DNA of 64,000 nucleotides from Azolla caroliniana (lineage: Eukaryota > Plantae > Polypodiophyta), in assembly GCA_043228905.1 (NCBI GenBank), contig JBHGNT010000021.1, positions 11,842,001 through 11,906,000 of the forward strand, in the 5' to 3' direction. A program made the translations under genes and the position numbers. Numbering within the stretch: the first letter of the stretch is position 1; each line of letters opens with the position of its first letter. The notes beneath the pieces are model-generated. The model saw only the letters and a list, made by a program, of their open reading frames with translations, did no database searches and was not told the origin of the DNA. Positions 1 to 11,919 of the stretch are shown piece after piece.

Positions 1-1963
1 ATTTGCAGGCTCAACAGCTACCAAACAATGAGCATTGGGTTAGGAAATCGTCTAGAGTTACTAGACAGCCTGACAGATTTGTTCCTGATGCAAATAGTGT
101 GGATGATTATGTCATTGCGACTGATTGTGGCGAACCGTCTTGCTTCAAGGAAGCAATGGACAGACAAGACAACAAGAAATGGTATAACGCCATGTTGTCA
201 GAGATGGAATCTCTTGAGAAAAATGACACTTGGAATTTGGTGCAGTTGCCTAAAGGTAAGAAAACACTTCCATGCAAATGGGTTTATAAAATGAAGGTCA
301 TTTCTGATTCCTCGCCAAAGTACAAAGCAAGATTGGTTGCAAAAGGATACAAGCAGGAATATGGAGTTGATTTTGATGAGATCTTCTCGCCAGTAGTCAA
401 GATGACTACATTAAGAATCATTTTGGGCTTCGTTGCAGCTGAAGATATGGAGCTCATACAGATGGATGTGAAGATCGCCTTTTTACATGGCGATCTGCAT
501 GAAGACATATATATGCAGCAGCCTGAAGGTTTTGTGGCTAAAGGCAAAGAGAAGATGGTTTGTAAGCTCAAAAGGAGTTTCTATGGGTTGAAACAAGCAC
601 CAAGAGAATGGTATCATAAATTTGATGCATTTATGCAGTCTCAAGGTTTTCGTAGAAGTCAAGTGGACCACTGCTTGTACACCACGAAGGCAGGAGATGG
701 CAGCCTGATTATCTTGGTTTTGTATGTTGATGATATGTTGATTTCTAGCAAGGATATTCATGCCTTAGATTCATTGAAGCAAAGCCTTCATGGCAGCTTT
801 GTTATGAAGGATCTTGGTGATGCAAATCACATCCTTAGCATGCGAATACTCCGAAACCGATCAAAAGGGGTACTCTTTCTATCTCAGCAGGAGTATATCT
901 CTAAGGTTTTGCAGTGTTTCAATATGGAGGGGGAGAAAACAATTGGGGTTCCATTGCCTCCATATTTGAAACTCAGTGCAGAAGACAGCCCTACTACATC
1001 TGATGATGAGAAGGCTGAAATGGCTAAGGTTCCATATGCTTCTGCCGTTGGAAGTTTGATATATGTGATGGTTGCTACACGCCCTGATATTGCCTTTGCA
1101 GTGGGAGTGGTTAGTAGGTACATGGCAAATCCTGGCAAAAAGCATTGGGAAGCGGTGAAAGGTATTATGAGATACCTCAAAGGCACAAAGGACTTGGGCA
1201 TTTCCTTTGGAAAGCAAAAGGCATCTATCGTTAGTTTTACGGATGCGGACTATGCGGGACACGCAGACTGCAGGAAGTCTACTTCTGGGTATGTGTTTAC
1301 TTTCACAAGAGGAGCAGTCTCTTGGATCTCCAGACTACAGAAGTGTGTTGCATTGTCTACTACAGAGGCAGAGTATGTTGCTGCCACTGAGGCATGCAAA
1401 GAGGCTTTATGGCTTTCATATCTAGTGAGAGATCTTGGCATTACAGAGTTACCTATTCTTCATTGTGACAGCCAGAGTGCTATCATGCTAGCTCGGAAAC
1501 CAGTCTTTCATGCAAAGACGAGGCACATAGAGGTGAAGTATCACTTCATCAGAGATGTACTTGACAGCAAGAACATTGAGCTTGTCAAAGTACATACAAA
1601 TAATAATCCTGAAGATCTTCTCACGAAGGGTCTTCCAGCTGAGCGATTTGCTCATTGCCGACAGATGATGGGAGTTGGATAGATGTATGTAGTTCAGCTT
1701 TGTACATACTTGGACTTATCTGATTTTCTTTTTTTTTCTCTCATGGCACATTGCCTTTAGGTGGGAGGTTGTTGGGAATAAAAGGCAATCATGCCTTTTA
1801 TTAGTGCACAAGTGTGAACGCACTCGTAGCACACTTTTGACTTGTATATACATAATATCTAAAAAACCAAAAAAGAGGTACACTCTTTGTACCCAAGACA
1901 GCGTGCATCTCTCTCTCTCCCTCTCTATTTTTGACCTAAACCCTAATCCTCGTGCTGCCTTCA
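1..1963 (+). mobile_element. Ty1/Copia LTR retrotransposon, 3' part (RT-RNaseH, PPT, start of 3' LTR); 5' part lies outside the window
   Basis: RT/RH ORF 3..1682; PPT-like AGGTGGGAGG at 1759-1768 followed by TGTTGG at 1770. The LTR end (~1963) is a guess because no partner LTR is in the window. Confidence 0.85.
3..1682 (+). CDS. Copia Pol C-terminal part (reverse transcriptase + RNase H), Tnt1/Tork-like, 5'-partial
   Basis: Motifs [68 protein letters not shown]; open for 559 codons. Confidence 0.95.
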   Translation: MQAQQLPNNEHWVRKSSRVTRQPDRFVPDANSVDDYVIATDCGEPSCFKEAMDRQDNKKWYNAMLSEMESLEKNDTWNLVQLPKGKKTLPCKWVYKMKVISDSSPKYKARLVAKGYKQEYGVDFDEIFSPVVKMTTLRIILGFVAAEDMELIQMDVKIAFLHGDLHEDIYMQQPEGFVAKGKEKMVCKLKRSFYGLKQAPREWYHKFDAFMQSQGFRRSQVDHCLYTTKAGDGSLIILVLYVDDMLISSKDIHALDSLKQSLHGSFVMKDLGDANHILSMRILRNRSKGVLFLSQQEYISKVLQCFNMEGEKTIGVPLPPYLKLSAEDSPTTSDDEKAEMAKVPYASAVGSLIYVMVATRPDIAFAVGVVSRYMANPGKKHWEAVKGIMRYLKGTKDLGISFGKQKASIVSFTDADYAGHADCRKSTSGYVFTFTRGAVSWISRLQKCVALSTTEAEYVAATEACKEALWLSYLVRDLGITELPILHCDSQSAIMLARKPVFHAKTRHIEVKYHFIRDVLDSKNIELVKVHTNNNPEDLLTKGLPAERFAHCRQMMGVG

Positions 1964-2399
1964 TCCATTACTTATTAGGTATGGAGGACTATCAATCACA
2001 TGGAGGGATAGTTATTTCTTCCCTTTGCGACAGCAAACTAGAATAAATATAACTGAAAATCAGGTACTAAGGAATCCAGATACCTAGGAACTTTGGAAAA
2101 GGCTGAGACATCTGGCCTTTGAAAAACCTCCAAAATGGATTGCTCAAAGATAGAGAGATCTCCAAATTTTGGGAGGCAGCTTCAGTGCCAGGTAATAATG
2201 TCCTTTATTTTTCGGTGACAAGGGTTGGCAAGACCGTGACCTACATGCTCAGCTCATTGCCATTGCTTGATCTATTTTACTCTCTTCCGAGTGTCTTCAT
2301 CAAGACTGAACTTGTATAGTCCTTGATTGACTTGTTGGATGAGAAATGGTGCTGCCTCAACAACTTCTCCATGTCTTGTAAACTGTTTTCATGACATCA

Positions 2400-3060
2400 G
2401 TGTGAATCTCCTGTACCTTTTCTTCGGGAGCTCCCAAATCATTGGATACCGGTCATTGATCGGAATAAGAGCCTTATTTAGTAATGGGGCTGCTCCCAAC
2501 TCCATCCAGATTATATCATGGAGCACCTATATTTTGCTCCTTTTCATGTGGACAAAATCATTGGACGAAAGATCTCTCCAAATATATCCAATTAAGTCCC
2601 CTATGAAATCTCAGTCCAAAAAGTCATCCTATAGAGAAGAGTTGGGGTTACAAGTGTATTAAACAATCGCAATCTTGTTTGTGGTTCTTAAACTGGATAT
2701 GAGAAATTTATCTTCAAGGGCACCAAAGGCTGCGGCATATACACAAGAAACTTGAGCACAAGCAGCCTTCCGTAGGGAGAACCGAAGCATAGTAAATCTT
2801 AGTCCTAGATACATAATAGAATCATGTGTATGCCACTTGTAACTCTAGTTGACTCGATATCTCATCTACATAAAGACAGATGAGAGTGAGTGACAATTGG
2901 CATCCTTGTTTTACTCCAATAGTGCTAGCCACAAACAATGTCTGACAATTCCAGTCAGAGTACATAGATTCCCCTATTTCATATCTACTAGGACTACAAA
3001 CGCTCTGGTAGCTTATAGTTAGTCCCCTAAAAATGCCTCAAATCATTAGCTTTTAGGTTA
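2400..3060 (-). mobile_element. Degenerate RTE-type LINE fragment (RT and post-RT region)
   Basis: Minus strand near 2865-2930 reads ASTIGVKQGCQLSLTLICLYVDE (RT GVxQGCPLS motif); further on AFGALE and IIWMELGAAPLL resemble the RTE C-terminal region. Many stops; boundaries approximate. Confidence 0.6.
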
Positions 3061-3388
3061 TCTATTTCGAGTAATCACCACTCAAGGATGTCTCCATCTC
3101 TAGCAAATCCAGACAAGTTCTGACACCATTGTCTCTAAAAACTCTTTAGCAGTGACTCCCACCATGACAAGGATGTCGACAACCATCACTCTCAAAATTT
3201 ACACAAAGATATGAGACAGTAAATTCATAGTAAAAGTCGAAGCAAACAGCCAAAGGAAATAGGAAGGATTCACGAAGAGAAAAACAAACGACAACATCAG
3301 CAATAAGTGTTGGAGGGTGGCAGCTCCAGACCTGCACTCTCTTTCATCATTATTATCTCTATTCTACATTCTCTCTCTTCCTAGATTC

Positions 3389-3478
3389 TTCTCTCTCTAG
3401 AATTTGCAACTCTTTCAATCCATTCTCTCTCTAGAATTTGCAACTCTTTCAATCCCTTCTCTCTCTAGAATCTGCAAC
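3389..3478. repeat. 34-bp tandem repeat, about 2.6 copies
   Basis: CTAGAA recurs at 3397, 3431 and 3465; unit TTCTCTCTCTAGAATTTGCAACTCTTTCAATCCA. Confidence 0.85.
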
Positions 3479-6275
3479 GCTTTAAATACCTTTTCTCTCT
3501 TCCACTTTTTCAAAGATATTCCCACTCATTCCTAGTTTTTTGTAGCTATTTGGTAGTACAAGTGTCACTTCACTACCAAACAACCATTTCACCCACTTTC
3601 CCCAATTTTGTATAAATAGGCTATAGCTGCCTCTTTTGTAAAGACTTTTACTTTTGTTGCTACTTAAAAACAAGATCTACTCTTTGGCTGTGTCTCTACT
3701 CTTTGCAACCATTTTTTCTACTGCTGTCTAACAGCCTTCTCACAGCTTCGCTGTGTCTATTTTGTTCTAACTGTTCTGCTGCTGCTATTAACAGCTTTTC
3801 TCACAAGAAGAGCAGAAGGAAAAAGATTTTGCCAAGCAGCAGCAAGAGGAACGAGAGGGAGGAACACAGGAGGGAGAGACAAAGCTTCACACACAAAATT
3901 GATTTTTTTTCCACATTGCAGGCTCACATTACAGGTGGAACGTAAACATGCTGGGGATTTCAAGTTTAGACCTCGTGAAACATGTCATGGTGAGAATTAG
4001 CACTGAGATCTCTAAGCTCTTTGAGAACCTTTCTCTATATTCTAATGATACAGCCAGTAGTAGAAAAAGTAATTTGAGCATTCACAATTTATGGTTTTAT
4101 CATATGTTTGTTTTGGTTTACCATGCAACCAGATAATGACAACTGAGTTTGGAGGTCAACTAGTTTTGGTCTTCCTCGTGACAAATAGCTGGGCAATGTC
4201 CTAATAATGGGTATGGTAATTCCTTTCAAAAGGCTTGAAGCAAGTAGAGATTGACAGTTCTATCTTTTCAATACCATTCTGTACACGTGCAATGGATCAC
4301 ATTGTAAATTGAATTTTTCTCATTGGTCAATTCAGCCTCATACACAAGCATCTTGCTCTATAAGGAAACACATATTCAAATAAAATTACACAGAATATAA
4401 ATATGCAAGTAGTCTTTTCTTATCCTTTGAAGTGTTCATCTATAAGGAAACACATATTCATATAAAATTACACAGAAATATGCCATCGATGTTATTTACA
4501 TTGAAAAAAATAGCCAAAAAAGAAAAGATGATCAAGACTGACCAATTAGAGCTCGATCACTTTGCAGAATATTCTCTAATAGTTTCTTTGTTGTTTGCCC
4601 AGACTTCAATTTCTCCACTAATCCATACGGGACATTAATGTTCCTTGCTAGCTCTTCTACATTATCTTGACTATCACCGTTCGATCTACAAATGAAAATT
4701 AGAATTTCACGCAATCAAGAATATGTTAGGAATCAAAATGCACACACCTAAATGGTGTAGAAACTGCAAATTGCATGAAGCATAAAACAAACTCAAAAGC
4801 TAAGTCTTACACTATTCCAACAGTCTTTTTCAGACAAAAGGTTCATTCTACTATAAAACTAGCAATTTGAACCAAAAACACAAATGAGTAAACATAAATG
4901 GAAACGGTTATGAGAAAAGCTGAGTCCAACATCCAATGGAAATGCCCAACTCAGATATCTTTATTAGACACAAATGTTCACAAATATTCCTTGGATTCAT
5001 AATGAGTAAAGGCTCCTTTATTAAAAAAGTCAATAAGTTCAGTAAAAAGACATTAAAACAAATTTTTATTATTTTTTATGCTTTTAGAAAAAACTGCAGA
5101 AGGCATGGTAAATACCCAAAACACCATAAAAGCTCTACAATAGGCAAATCCTATCATGAAAATGAGCATAATAAATCTTCAATAGTGAGCAATGAAGACT
5201 AAATAGTAATCATGTCCGTGATTTTGGATCACAAGTGGAGGATATTCAAATGACAAATTGAATGCCACTAATGGCATAGCAATTGAAGAATGAAGCATAA
5301 AAAAATGGAAGATTCAAGTCCTAAGAGAGTTATGCTAGGGATTTGGCTATTATTATAATTTGGCAAAGCCCATATATGCAATTTGAGGATAAATCTTTAC
5401 AGAGAGGATAAGGCACTCCTAAAAGAGGAATAGAGATAGGCATAAAGAAAAAAAGCAACAGGAGAAAAATACAACAATAGGAGAGAAGAAAACGCAATGA
5501 CAAGATAAAGAGGCAATGCTAAGAGTGGAGAGCGTTTTCTTTAATACTTGTTGCATTATTTCTAAAGGATGAGCGGGCCTATAAAGTAGGGGATTGTGTT
5601 CTATGGTGACAGAGGAAGAAAAGGAGCCATCATAAGTTTATTTAGGAGGTTGGACGAGGTTACAACAAAGCAACGAAGTAGAGGTCTTGTTGTGTTGATG
5701 GTCTCATTGTCTTCCTCTTGAGAAATTATATCTTCCCATCTTAGAGAACATTGAAAACAACATAGAAGTATATTTGGACGTGGAGGATGTTTCTGTACTA
5801 TATAAATCATATTAAAATTGAAAAACCTGCATATCTATCATAGACGTTACGTTTATAATTACTCCAAGACTAATTTCAGCCACTTAGATTCTATATTTTA
5901 TACTTATGAAATAGGGTCTGATGGTACTGAAACCGGATGCTATCAATCCTTTGTTTAGTGCATTAGCAATACAGATAGTATAAAATCAAGCCAATATCTA
6001 TACGAGACACACAAGATAAGAATAACAGTGGTATGCAAATCACCTTCCATTTTGTGTATAAATCAAACCAAGATCCATATGAGAAACACAAGGTGAAAAT
6101 AATGGTAACACCATGCATGCAAAAGGTCTTAGCATGCTAGAAACTCTACAATAGCATAAGGTTAAGCTAATTATGAAGTACAAATGAGAAATGGTATCCT
6201 TGTTTGAAAGCAACATATTCATAACTATTCTGTAATATGGATAGGGATAGTTGGGAGTCACCAAACTTGTCACCA

Positions 6276-6366
6276 CTAAAAGAACAGGGTGTATGCAATT
6301 TCTAGAAAAAGAAATGCCACAACAATTAAGTAGAAATTAGTCTCAGAGGATGACACTTGGTCCAAC
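6276..6366 (-). CDS. Putative last coding exon (exon 4) of the host gene; hydrophobic C-terminal segment
   Basis: Acceptor ATGCAG|; phase 2 matches exon 3; reads (R)LDQVSSSETNFYLIVVAFLFLEIAYTLFF*. Other exons inside the 3-kb intron cannot be excluded. Confidence 0.5.
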
Positions 6367-7354
6367 CTGCATATGTCACCCCTTCCAAATATTCATAATG
6401 TGCGTAGGAATGTGAGGAGTTTTGTAAACAAATCACGATGAAAGTGAAACAGAATTTTTAAATGCCTTATTAACAAATACATTAATAATTTCCCTGCAAA
6501 TATTAAATAAGTGTATACTTGTGTGCACTAAAACTATATCATAATGTATTGAAGATCCATTTTTGCTATTATGATGTCTCGAGATTGAAGCATTAGGTTT
6601 AAAAGATGCATGAATATGTACAACTTTAGAGAAATTGTATTATTGCCAGAATTATTTATAGATATTGAAGTTTGAGAGATTGATCAAGGCTTCAAGAGAG
6701 GTTCATAATTACTTCTTATAATTACTGAGGGTTAAATTTGAGATTGAGAATGAGAATCCAAAGGATCTTTCGAGACTAATCTGCAAAATGCATCCTTAAC
6801 AAACTGTTTACTCTATCGGAGGGCCAAGCTCCTATAAGTCCTTTCATGTAATTACAGTAATGTATCATAATACAAGTTACCACTGTAAATTTGATAATGA
6901 GTATGATGATACTTCAACTCAAATAACTCAATCATTATGACCTGGTGTAAATTATTAGTGGTCAGGGAAGATATGATTGGATCCATCACCCACTTCAGTT
7001 TCATAACGAGGAACACACAATTCAGTTTACTATTCATTAATTTTGCAACCATTTTTACCACTCACTCAGTTGCCACAAAAGGGGCCCCACCATAAACATA
7101 GGAAAGATTAAGGCCATGATCTTCAACACATCCATGCCTCTCAATATCTTTGATTTTTGTGTTTCGGTATATTTTTCTGACTTAACAGTGAGAACCATGG
7201 TCCAAGGCCCCCAGGGGTTGGATAGAGCGATCACTCCAACTCGCCCACAAGCTATCTTCACCCTATCAGGAGGGCAAGTTGAAGTAATGGATTCGTATGT
7301 ATATCTAAGAGTCCCATTACAAGTACAAGGGCACTTCTCTATGACCCAAGCTAC

Positions 7355-7644
7355 TAGGAGTCAGCAACAGCTTGGCTCAAGCCTGAACTGAGCCATTAAA
7401 CTGTTTTTAAACGTTTTGGCGGTTCAGTTCACTTGAGGCTTGAGCTTCCTTAACCGGTTTGAGCTTGGCTTGGGATGTCTCAAGCTGAACCAAACCTTTT
7501 TGGGCTAAACCGGTTAAGGTTAATAATCAGTTTGGCTTACCCGGTTTAGGAGCTGGTTCAGTTCAAGTTTGAAAACTCCCAAACCAGTTTGGTTTGGACA
7601 ACGCCAAACCAGTCAAGACGAAACCGAACCATTGCGGATTCCTA
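7355..7644. mobile_element. hAT-type MITE (290 bp)
   Basis: Imperfect TIRs TAGGAGTCAGCAACAGCTTGG / CCGAACCATTGCGGATTCCTA; 8-bp TSD CAAGCTAC (7347-7354) / CAAGCCAC (7645-7652); subterminal AACCG/CGGTT repeats. Confidence 0.8.
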
Positions 7645-7712
7645 CAAGCCACCAAGGATCAACTCACTCAAGGACATGTAACTCTAGCTATGTTAGAACA
7701 GGCAGTGTCACA

Positions 7713-8435
7713 AAGCACACTTCCGAGAGTCCTGTACCAAAGTATGGTATTTGACACCATGGTCACCCCTGCCCTCATGTACGGTGCAGCCATATGCGCT
7801 CCATGCCTGCCCATGTACATGTCAGCACAAATAGAACGTTCTCTAGTCATAATAGCACAGACGACACATTGCAAAGCATATATCCCATACAAGAGCATCC
7901 ATGCTGAATTGATGAAGGGGACAAGGTACTCTGGCAGCACCTATCGCACCTCTAAGCACACTTCCGAGAGTCCTGTACCAAAGTATGGTATTTGACACCA
8001 TGGTCACCCCTGCCCTCATGTACGGTGCAGCCATATGCGCTCCATGCCTGCCCATGTACATGTCAGCACAAATAGAACGTTCTCTAGTCATAATAGCACA
8101 GACGACACATTGCAAAGCATATATCCCATACAAGAGCATCCATGCTGAATTGATGAAGGGGACAAGGTACTCTGGCAGCACCTATCGCACCTCTAAGCAC
8201 ACTTCCGAGAGTCCTGTACCAAAGTATGGTATTTGACACCATGGTCACCCCTGCCCTCATGTACGGTGCAGCCATATGCGCTCCATGCCTGCCCATGTAC
8301 ATGTCAGCACAAATAGAACGTTCTCTAGTCATAATAGCACAGACGACACATTGCAAAGCATATATCCCATACAAGAGCATCCATGCTGAATTGATGAAGG
8401 GGACAAGGTACTCTGGCAGCACCTATCGCACCTCT
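7713..8435. repeat. 241-bp tandem triplication
   Basis: Units start at 7713, 7954 and 8195 (AAGCACACTTCCGAGAG...); identical by eye and in the ORF-track translations. Confidence 0.97.
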
Positions 8436-9437
8436 ATATCCAAAAGACTTGGCTCACACAAAGGAAGCCACTTCCGCCAAAGATGGCCTCCTACAAAGAT
8501 CATTTCATGAACTTTACAAAGGATTTATCCATATAGAAACTGAGGTACACAGGCATCTACAAGTAATGCTCACAAAACAATGTCAATTCAAAGTTTCCTC
8601 CCACCAACTACTGTTCAAGGCAGGATGAGAACTTTGCATACTAGACTTGAAAGATTTTGCGAATTATTTGAAGAGATTAGAGGCAAAGAACATATTTGAA
8701 TAGGTAAACACATTGGATATAAGTATGCCAGTGTCTACGTGGATTTCACTATTTGAGTAATGATGGAGAAGACCGACCCCCAACAAATTTGCCACATATA
8801 GCTCAAGCTTCAAAATCATAGGGAGCAAACCCTTATAATAGGATGCAAAATACAACTGGAATCGCATATCACTTGATTTCTTCTGTGTTACGTATCTCCA
8901 TTAACAGTGTGTCAAGAAGTCACCATAGAACGAGCAATGGAATGCTGATGACAACAGAGACCACAAGTACTAGGATATAAGGCACATGGGTCATACCATC
9001 ACCAGATCATTGCTTGCCATGTCTGACCTGTACAAGTACACCTCTAATGCACTTTTTAAACTTTGTCAAAGCCTTGTTTCACCATATGCGTTGAGATCAC
9101 GATAATGGAGCTTTAGGAAACTCTATCTCTCTCATGTGCCACTTAGCACTCATGCTTTAGCTTCAATTATACAAACAAGTTTTTGTTCTTATCAAAGTTA
9201 TATCAAAAAAATCTACAAGTTACAATTACTATCCTAAAATACAATACTTCATAATGTCAAGATAAGGGGTTTAAAACCAGTTGCCTCCATTTATTTATGA
9301 TTGTATAAAACTTTGCCTATGATTCTCTCCTTTGTTACACTCCTTTGATAGCATAGTACCTTCATTATGATGAATATTATACGAATGAACCTAAACATAC
9401 TCATTATTTCATCTGATCAGTATATATTTAGGTTCAC

Positions 9438-9601
9438 CTTTTCTCAGAAGCCATCTTGCGTGCAACCATGATTTTCTTGAAAAACGTGTGTATCTTTGAT
9501 TCGGTAGCTTCAGATATAACATCTTTAATGGACACCACCTTACCAGTGATAATTATGGCTTTGAACAGCAAGAAATGAATGAGCTCAATTTCCTGGCCAT
9601 C
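9438..9601 (-). CDS. Host gene exon 3
   Basis: Acceptor TTTTCCTTTATCAG|, donor |GTGAAC; 164 nt, open: DGQEIELIHFLLFKAIIITGKVVSIKDVISEATESKIHTFFKKIMVARKMASEK; phase 0 matches exon 2. Confidence 0.7.
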
Positions 9602-9681
9602 CTGATAAAGGAAAACACAGTTTATGTCATTCCAGATTTTTATTACATTTTGCCTTCAGTGAAAAACTCGATGCTACTTAC

Positions 9682-9737
9682 CAAAATGTCCCAAGCACAC
9701 GAGTTGGAAAGTAATGCATCCAGAATCAGATCTTTAC
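9682..9737 (-). CDS. Host gene exon 2
   Basis: Acceptor CTTTATTCAG|, donor |GTAAGT; 56 nt, (G)KDLILDALLSNSCAWDIL; phase 1 matches exon 1. Confidence 0.75.
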
Positions 9738-10199
9738 CTGAATAAAGTCAGCAAAGATAAATGTATTGAGTCATGTCCTTTACTTGAAGTATATAAGCAC
9801 TAACTCTGAATGTTACACTGGGCATGCTTGTACTTTAAAAGACCGAAGCATTCAGTTTATAAAGGATAAGGTATGATTTATAGCTCAGCACTTTCAAAAG
9901 ACTACGGCTTCTAAATTCTAGAACGAAGTGCAGATCACTGTCTATGAATTTCCAAGTTTGAGGTCTCATTGAAACAAGATACTGCAGATCTTTGGCATAG
10001 GTATGCATTCCAGGAAAAAAAGAGATGGTCTTTGCTCCATGTGGCTTATAGAAGGGGCACACAGGATATTTTTTCTTCATCTGCTTTATATATACCCACA
10101 CACACCCCCCTAGAAGGCCATCCTACTTATCAAAGTCCTTCCACAACACCAGTGTAGTGCGCACAGAAATAGCAGTTTACTAACAAAGTTGAAGAGTAC

Positions 10200-11421
10200 C
10201 TTTATCTACCATTGCCAAACCATTCACTGCAACAGTTCCCATCGTTCTACTAAGTTCCTCAATGTAAGGTTTTTTAGACTTATCTCGAGTAAGTCTGTTT
10301 TCTCTCCTGTAGATCACTTCTAAGATCATTTGTAGCAATACAAAGTGAATTTTCACAGCCTCAGACAGAATGTCAACCTCTGCAATCTGAGACTCCTCCA
10401 GTTTCTCAGTAAACTCTGTAGAGACAAGGGGAAACATGAGCTTCAATTCCCCTGCTTCTAATTGTGTTTCTATTTTCTCAATGTTGACCTTGATATTCAA
10501 GGCTTCAAAAATAAAGGAGAACCCATCCCGCAAATCTGTAACAGAAAGATTCTCGACTTCATCCGTCCCTTCCTGTTTATCTTTATTTCTCACTACAGAT
10601 ATGAAGCCTAGAACCTCCCTTACAATGGAACGCAAGAGCTTGAGTCTGTCGATGGTCACACTGCTGCTTGAACATTGCTGCAACGAGTGCATAAACACAG
10701 GGACGAGCGGAGCAAAGCCCAGGATGGCAGTCGAAGAACTGGCATGGCCGACAATGAGTGACTTGAGACATGTCAGTAAGACTCTGGCAGCCTCTTCTGA
10801 GTGATTACCTTTTTCACTCACCGGAGGAGGAAGGTTTATAAGTTCAAGGGCTGCCATGCTCCAAATCATGTGAGCAGGAGGGGAGTAGTGGGGTTGTTGA
10901 CGGAGATGAAGCACAGGGAACCGTGTCCTGAAGTTCTCCTGTGGCACACTATTCTTCACAAAAGACACCAGTAGGGAAGGAGACATGAAGCTGAAGAATT
11001 TGTGGTCTGTGAGCCATGCAGACAGCTTATCTAGAAGCCTATTCTTGAGAGTATCAGGTGGAGAACAGTCCCGGATCGCTTCTTGCAAAGCAGCTATAAA
11101 GTGGGGATGCTCAAGGTCGTGGTGGAGGAATGTGGATGTCTTGTCATCGTGGTTGTGGTGGCAGGGGAGGAGTGCCGTGTGCAGGAACTCCTTCAGCTCG
11201 GCGGCACTCATGGAGAGAAGCCAAGAGGACGAGATGCTTCCATCGCGGAGAAGCTCAGCAGCCAAAAACCTCATGAATTTCTTCTTCTTCTTCTTCTTCT
11301 TCTTCATGCCATCCAGCGGCGCCCGCCTCCCCATCCCCTTCTCCTTCTCCTTCTCCTTCTCCTTCTCCTTCTCCTTCTCCGTGGTGATGATGGTGTCGCT
11401 GCACTTCACCGCAGTCTCCAT
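10200..11421 (-). CDS. Host gene exon 1: uncharacterised alpha-helical protein with EK repeat and poly-K (NLS-like) N-terminus; 510 aa if spliced as modelled
   Basis: Long non-TE ORF (track 10180..11511); first ATG (METAVKC) at 11421; donor GATAAAG|GTACT at 10200/10199. Exon lengths 1222+56+164+91 = 1533 nt keep frame. Confidence 0.82.
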
Positions 11422-11446
11422 GTCTGCTTTTCCACCCCCTCTGTTT

Positions 11447-11477
<31 letters not shown>

Positions 11478-11490
11478 CTGTCTCTCTCTC
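11279..11490. repeat. Microsatellite cluster: (TTC)n = poly-K, (TTCTCC)n = EK repeat, (GT)n and (CT)n in the 5' leader
   Basis: Seen directly at ~11279-11305, 11338-11380 and 11450-11490. Confidence 0.9.
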
Positions 11491-11523
11491 CTCCTCCCTC
11501 TGCCACCTCAATCCAATCCCAAA

Positions 11524-11541
11524 GGTTTAGGGTTTAGGGTT
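11524..11541 (-). promoter_or_regulatory. Telo-box (tandem AAACCCTA) in the 5' region of the host gene
   Basis: GGTTTAGGGTTTAGGGTT about 100 bp upstream of the ATG; plant telo-boxes are typical of translation and proliferation gene promoters. Confidence 0.6.
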
Positions 11542-11919
11542 AAGAAAGGACGTATTGTCTCTGTTGCAGAAGAAGAAGAAGAGAGACGGACTCCATTGCA
11601 GCCACCAAAGGAGACGAGAGAGCCCTAGGAGAGGAGGGTTTTCATTCACAACTCTCTCTCTCTCTCTCTTATACCATGTCTGATTTTCAGAAGCTATGGG
11701 TTGAATGGAAGCTCATAACAATATCTATGATTTGATATGATCTACAAAGATAACTTCTGCAATCAACTAACTCAAGCTATGTATGTATATGCAAGATTTC
11801 AAACTTATACCTCTCTTAGGTTTCGTCTATATAATGACAAACACTCACAAGGGAGCCACAAAGTACGATCCATAATGTATTCTGTTGAGAAGGTAATCTC
11901 TTGTATTGAGAAAATGTAA

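Larger units (their letters stand above)
7250..9130 (+). mobile_element. Degenerate RTE-type LINE 3' fragment inside the host intron (antisense to the gene)
   Basis: VEVMDSYVYL (end of RT, YxYLG-like), FSMTQAT|KDQLTQGHVTLAMLE (continuous once the MITE is removed), VFDTMVTPALMYGAAI (LFDxLVxPxLLYG-like). Boundaries approximate. Confidence 0.7.

Noticed and set aside
3121-3948. Solo LTR (TG...CA, LTR-like composition)
   Set aside because: Flanks AGTTC and TGCTG do not form a TSD, and there is no partner in the window.
7713-8435. CRISPR-like or coding tandem array
   Set aside because: Full-length identical units without spacers; 241 is not a multiple of 3; the sequence is LINE-derived.
9360-9390. 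Mini-exon RFIRIIFIIMK after exon 3
   Set aside because: It would need a 47-nt intron, which is implausibly short; not supported without transcripts.
9835-10101. 88-aa minus-strand ORF as an extra exon
   Set aside because: Splicing from the exon 1 donor into the AG at 10081-10082 meets a stop within 12 codons, whereas exon 1 joins 9737 in frame.
10200-11421. Assigning the symbol SNI1
   Set aside because: Only scattered motif resemblance recalled from memory; kept as a hypothesis.
11524-11541. Interstitial telomere
   Set aside because: Only about 2.5 TTTAGGG units; better explained as a telo-box.
10985-11628. Two 181-aa plus-strand ORFs
   Set aside because: Antisense shadows of the microsatellite-rich exon 1 (poly-F, poly-L, CV repeats).
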